Assembly (NCBI GenBank): GCA_964035575.1
Contig: OZ037839.1
Coordinates: 806,001 to 870,000, forward strand
DNA from: Rhynchopus sp. YZ270_cl-10
Lineage: Eukaryota
Direction of reading: 5' to 3'
DNA: 64,000 bases
How positions within the stretch are numbered: position 1 is the first letter of the stretch; every line of letters begins with the position of its first letter. Shown here piece by piece: positions 60,027-64,000 of the stretch. A program made the position numbers and the translations under genes. The notes below the pieces were generated by a model. That model worked only from the letters and a program-made list of their open reading frames with translations, searched no databases and was not told the origin of the DNA.

Positions 60027-61670
60027 TTAACTCTTCGGCTCTGCTCTGCAGCTGACACACATGTGCATCCCTCTTGATGACTGGAGCACAGGAACGGCTT
60101 TGGGAAGAGGGACAAATCCCTCAGGTGTGTCCAGGCGGAACTCAGCCATGACAGCCGCCATCAAGGTCTTGGCCTCCATAGCTGCCATCTTGCGCCCAAG
60201 GCACGTTCTCGGACCAGCATTGAACGCAGGGTACGCAAACCCACGCTCGTCGTACCTCTTGCACTCGCCGCCCTCGTCAATCCACCTGCGTGGGTCGAAC
60301 GTAAGCGGGTTCTCGTAGTTCGCAGGGTCACGTCCATGCAGGATCGGTGCGTACACAAGCCCCTCCCCCTTGTGTACAGGTGTCCCGCAAGGCAGCACGT
60401 CGTCCTCCACACAGAACTTGATGTCAATCGGGACAGATGGCCACTTCCGCAGCGTCTCCTGGAACACAGCCTGTGCAAAGTGCATGTCCTTCACGTCGTC
60501 TGTTGACGCAACCTCAGCCTCAAGTGCGGCACGGTGTTTGCTGTTCTCTGCCTGCGACAACTCAAAGAACGCCCACGTCATTGCCGACGCAGTTGTGTCG
60601 CGGCCGGCAATTGTGAAGTTTGTGATGAAGTCGATGATCTCCTCGTCGTTGTACACTTTCCCCTCGCCGGCACGGTTCGCTTCGTTCTGTGCCTCAAGAA
60701 GCGAAATCAGGTCTGCCGAGTCGCAGTAGCTCTGCCCCGCACCTTCCTGCCGGCGCTCCGCAAGCACGTCACGCACGTAGTTGCGGATGGTTGCGATAGC
60801 GTGATTGGTCTCCTGCTGGTTGATGTTGAGTGTCTTCATGAGCTTCCATCCAGGGAAGAGGAGGCGCTCCACCACCTTCGCCCCCACACAGTCGAAGGCC
60901 TTCTGGAAGTCGACGTCCTTCTGCTCGCCACCCAACGAGTTCACCGCCTTCCCAAACGCAATCTCGTAGATGCAGTCAAACGTATAGCACAACAGCATCT
61001 GCTGGATGTCCACCACAGCACCCTTCTTCTCCCGCAGCACCTCGTTGAACTGCACTGCATGGCGCTGGAAGACCTCGCTCATGCGGTTCTCAAGCTGCCA
61101 CGAGGTGAAGAGGTGTGCCGATGCACGCCGCTGCGCCTTCCAGCTGGCACCGTCGCTGTTGAAGATCCCATCGCCAAGCGCGTCGAAGAAGACATCGTGG
61201 AGGAGAGGACCTTTTACATACGCCGCAAAGTTTGTGTCCAACACGTGTCTGATGTTCTCTGTGGAGGAGACGACCACGGCGCTGAAGGCGGAGAGGGGGA
61301 AGTGGAAGGTTTTGTAGCCCATTGCGCGGTGCATTGATGTGACGTGTGTGAGAAGCACTTCGGGGCCAAAGATAAACGCATCGTACCACATGCGGAGACG
61401 GCAGTACCCTGCATAACCATCTGCTGACAACAGCGGCGCCAACGACGCCCGAACTCTATACCTCTGCCTCATGGTATGCACGAACAACACGCCAAACGCC
61501 CCCATCAGCACGTACCCCACCACCACCGCACCCAACATGAGGCACACACACCCCACCACAGGAAGCCAAAACATCAACAAAAACACACACACACACGAAC
61601 GCACCTTCTTCCACATCGGCACCCCACTGTAGTCAAGAGAAAAGATCCGCTCATCAGGAATATTACCCAT
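60027..61670 (-). CDS. Cytochrome P450, CYP704/CYP86-clan-like
   Basis: GDGIFNSDGASWKAQR, I-helix AGRDTT, ETLR, FDPRRW, heme motif FNAGPRTCLG, N-terminal TM segment. Confidence 0.95.
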   Translation of the reverse strand: MGNIPDERIFSLDYSGVPMWKKVRSCVCVFLLMFWLPVVGCVCLMLGAVVVGYVLMGAFGVLFVHTMRQRYRVRASLAPLLSADGYAGYCRLRMWYDAFIFGPEVLLTHVTSMHRAMGYKTFHFPLSAFSAVVVSSTENIRHVLDTNFAAYVKGPLLHDVFFDALGDGIFNSDGASWKAQRRASAHLFTSWQLENRMSEVFQRHAVQFNEVLREKKGAVVDIQQMLLCYTFDCIYEIAFGKAVNSLGGEQKDVDFQKAFDCVGAKVVERLLFPGWKLMKTLNINQQETNHAIATIRNYVRDVLAERRQEGAGQSYCDSADLISLLEAQNEANRAGEGKVYNDEEIIDFITNFTIAGRDTTASAMTWAFFELSQAENSKHRAALEAEVASTDDVKDMHFAQAVFQETLRKWPSVPIDIKFCVEDDVLPCGTPVHKGEGLVYAPILHGRDPANYENPLTFDPRRWIDEGGECKRYDERGFAYPAFNAGPRTCLGRKMAAMEAKTLMAAVMAEFRLDTPEGFVPLPKAVPVLQSSRGMHMCVSCRAEPKS

Positions 61671-62029
61671 TTTGAAATGTGTCCAGTTTTTCTCCTTAAA
61701 ATATGCCTGGAATGTGCTGGATGTATTGAGTTATGACCAAAGCTCAGCTTTGTAAGGTGCGGTTTTGTTATGATGGAATATGGTCTTGGCTGGCCTGGCT
61801 AGAAGAAAAAGGGAGGGGAAAACCCCTCCCTCAAAAACGTTGCGGATCGCTTAAAATTGTTGGGGGGGAGCAAAGGAGGAAGGGTGCCTTTTGCGCTTTT
61901 TTATTTTTTGAAAGCTTTGGTTTTTTTTTTAGGTTGGTTGTGACCTTGTAGAAGAGAACTCTTCACTGAGGCGCTTAGAGGAATACACGACACAGAAACA
62001 CTGAAGAAAACATTGAATCCGCGCACCTA

Positions 62030-62155
62030 CCACCTGATTTTTAACCCGCGTATAGGCGCGTAAAGGCCCGTATAGGACCGTATAGGCCAAACCCCACCTA
62101 TTTTTCCCAGCCTTTACGCGCCTTTATGCCTTTACGCGGGGTAAAAATCAGGTGG
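62030..62155. mobile_element. Short MITE-like inverted repeat
   Basis: ccacctgatttttaacccgcgta / tacgcggggtaaaaatcaggtgg with internal gtataggc-type repeats; similar cacctga/tcaggtg ends at about 59546-59640. Confidence 0.6.
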
Positions 62156-62467
62156 AACTAGCAGTAAACCAAAGTGTATGTGTAAGCAAAGGTGGGAGTG
62201 GGTTAACGTTGCGTCGAAGGGGGGGAGTCTCGGATCGGGGGGATGAACTGCATTGGCCAGCCTGCAGTGCACACCTCCCGCCCCCCCCTCTTTACTGTGG
62301 TACATCGATAGATCGATATATGGTAAAAACAAAAGAAAAGGCAGAGCAGATGAATGAGTCTCTCACGACACACATATCTTCTGAGGGAACGAAAGAAAGG
62401 TTATTTTTTTTTTGTAACAGGGGAGGTTTTTTTTTTTTTTTTTTGAAAACTTGGTTGTTTTAGTGTA

Positions 62468-63320
62468 CACGGTGGAGTCTACCCGGGGGGGAGTTACTCT
62501 TTTGGGGTGTCGGATTAGGGGGACTCCATAGTCCCCCTAGGCATACACTCGATGCGAGTCGCATTATCGCATTATCGCACAACTCTGGTCTGGCGAAAAA
62601 TTATCGCACAATTATCGCACATTATCGCACTATTATCGCACGTTCTCGCACGGTTCTCCGTGGTCAAGTACGTGGAAAATACACTTCCCTCAACGCTTTT
62701 TTTATGTTTTCGGGTCATTTTTAACTGTAAGGGAGACTCCCGAGAAGAAAACCTGTAATTTTCAACAAAACACGACGCCCATATACCCACAGCAACACAG
62801 TACACAGTACACAGTACACAGTACACAGTACACAGTACACAGTACACAGTACACAGTACACAGTACACAGTACACAGTACACAGTACACAGTACACAGTA
62901 CACAGTACACAGTACACAGTACACAGTACACAGTACACAGTACACAGTACACAGTACACAGTACACAGTACACAGTACACAGTACACAGTACACAGTACA
63001 CAGTACACAGCGGTTAGAGGGGTTGGGGTGTTGGGGGATACGGGAAAATGGGGTTACTTCATCTATTTTGCGACAGAAACTTCCCCTGGACACTACATGT
63101 CCCCAAAAACGAAACACAGGCCAGGCCTTCCCTTGTACCAAAATCCTCTACGTGTGCGATAATGATTATCGCATGCGATAATGGTGCGATAATGGTGTGC
63201 GATAATGCGATAATGATTATCGCATGCGACTCGCATCGAGTGTATGCCTAGGGGGACTCTTTGAGTCCCCCTTTAAGTCCCCCCCAAAGAGTAACTCCCC
63301 CCCGGGTAGACTCCACCGTG
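62468..63320. mobile_element. TA-flanked MITE containing a nested TIR element (62540-63248) and a microsatellite
   Basis: Outer ends cacggtggagtctacccggggggg / cccccccgggtagactccaccgtg; inner ends ggcatacactcgatgcgagtcgca / tgcgactcgcatcgagtgtatgcc; attatcgca subterminal repeats. Confidence 0.85.
62795..63010. repeat. Perfect (ACACAGT)n heptamer microsatellite, about 31 units
   Basis: Read directly. Confidence 0.98.
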
Positions 63321-63680
63321 TAGACACCCGAAGATGGACTCCACTATTTATTTTTGAAAAGACCTGAAGAGGACAAAAAAAACAGTCAAAAGATGAGGAT
63401 GTCTCGCACACACATCTAGACAAAAAAATAAGAACAAGAGAAGAGGGAAGAGGGAGGGGGAAGAACGCCACACAGGGTTTTCTATGTGTGTTTGAAAATA
63501 GGTGTGGGTTACACAAACAAAACAGAACCCCATTGAGTTGGGGCGTGTTCTTTTGCATATCGGGTTCTGTACAAAAACACTGTGTAAAAAAAGGGGGAGG
63601 GGGGCTTTAAAGAGGAACCGACTGTAATAATCCAAATGGAAATGAATTTGAATCGAGGTTGGCATCAGACTTTGTAGTCC

Positions 63681-63939
63681 CCCTGAATCCGCCAAAAAAA
63701 ATTCCACCAAGACCCAAGACGGACTTGAGGTGGACTTTTGACTGAGTCCGCCCAGACTCGGAATTTTGACCGGGTCCGCCATAGTCCGTCTCAATTCCGC
63801 CAAAACTCGGGAGGACTTGAGGCCGACTTGAGATGGACTATGGCGGAAGAGGAAGACTCAGTCAAAATTCCGCCTCAAGTCCGTCTCGGGTCTTTGTGGG
63901 ATTTTTTTTTTTTTTTTTTTTGGCGGACTCCGAGCAGGG
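63681..63939. mobile_element. Foldback/MITE-like imperfect palindrome
   Basis: agacggacttgaggtggacttttgactgagtc pairs with gactcagtcaaaattccgcctcaagtccgtct; ccgccatagtccgtctcaa pairs with ttgagatggactatggcgg. Confidence 0.7.
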
Positions 63940-64000
63940 CTCTCGCCAATCACCCCTTTTGGCCAAAATGGGGGGTGATTTGGGGTCCCCGAGCTTTCCC

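Noticed and set aside
62795..63010. Telomeric repeat or RAG-type CACAGTG signal
   Set aside because: The unit is not TTAGGG-like and reads CACAGTA with no nonamer; it is internal to a MITE.
62572..63141. ORFs with (VLCTVYC)n
   Set aside because: Translations of the ACACAGT microsatellite inside a MITE.

Overview
Eukaryotic genomic DNA, most likely from a euglenozoan protist (diplonemid-like; inferred from gene content, GT-AG introns and one-strand gene order). Every credible host gene is on the minus strand: a 3948-aa SPRY/LamG/UBA/HECT E3 ligase; a 7-exon B-box/coiled-coil/SPRY (TRIM-like) gene that the ORF track splits into pieces; a multi-TM degenerate nucleotide cyclase; seven ubiquitin-like (UBL) + BspA-type LRR paralogues; a second UBL-headed repeat protein; a TPR-like protein with a C-terminal prenylation-type motif; a NUDT17-like Nudix hydrolase; and a CYP704/CYP86-clan P450. 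Two things stand out. (1) The UBL-LRR array has near-identical UBL heads, LRRs that vary at fixed positions and form mosaics between paralogues, and FG-nucleoporin-like tails of variable length; one copy carries two apparently captured HMG boxes. This resembles a diversifying intracellular receptor/decoy family. (2) A 5.5-kb APE-RT non-LTR retrotransposon with a perfect 18-bp TSD sits inside one paralogue. Its upstream ORF and pol ORF are in frame, separated only by a UGA-CGG readthrough-type stop followed by hairpins and a 2A peptide 17/18 identical to viral T2A. Intergenic DNA is rich in nested MITE/TIR elements. All domain calls are by-eye motif recognition; no searches were run.
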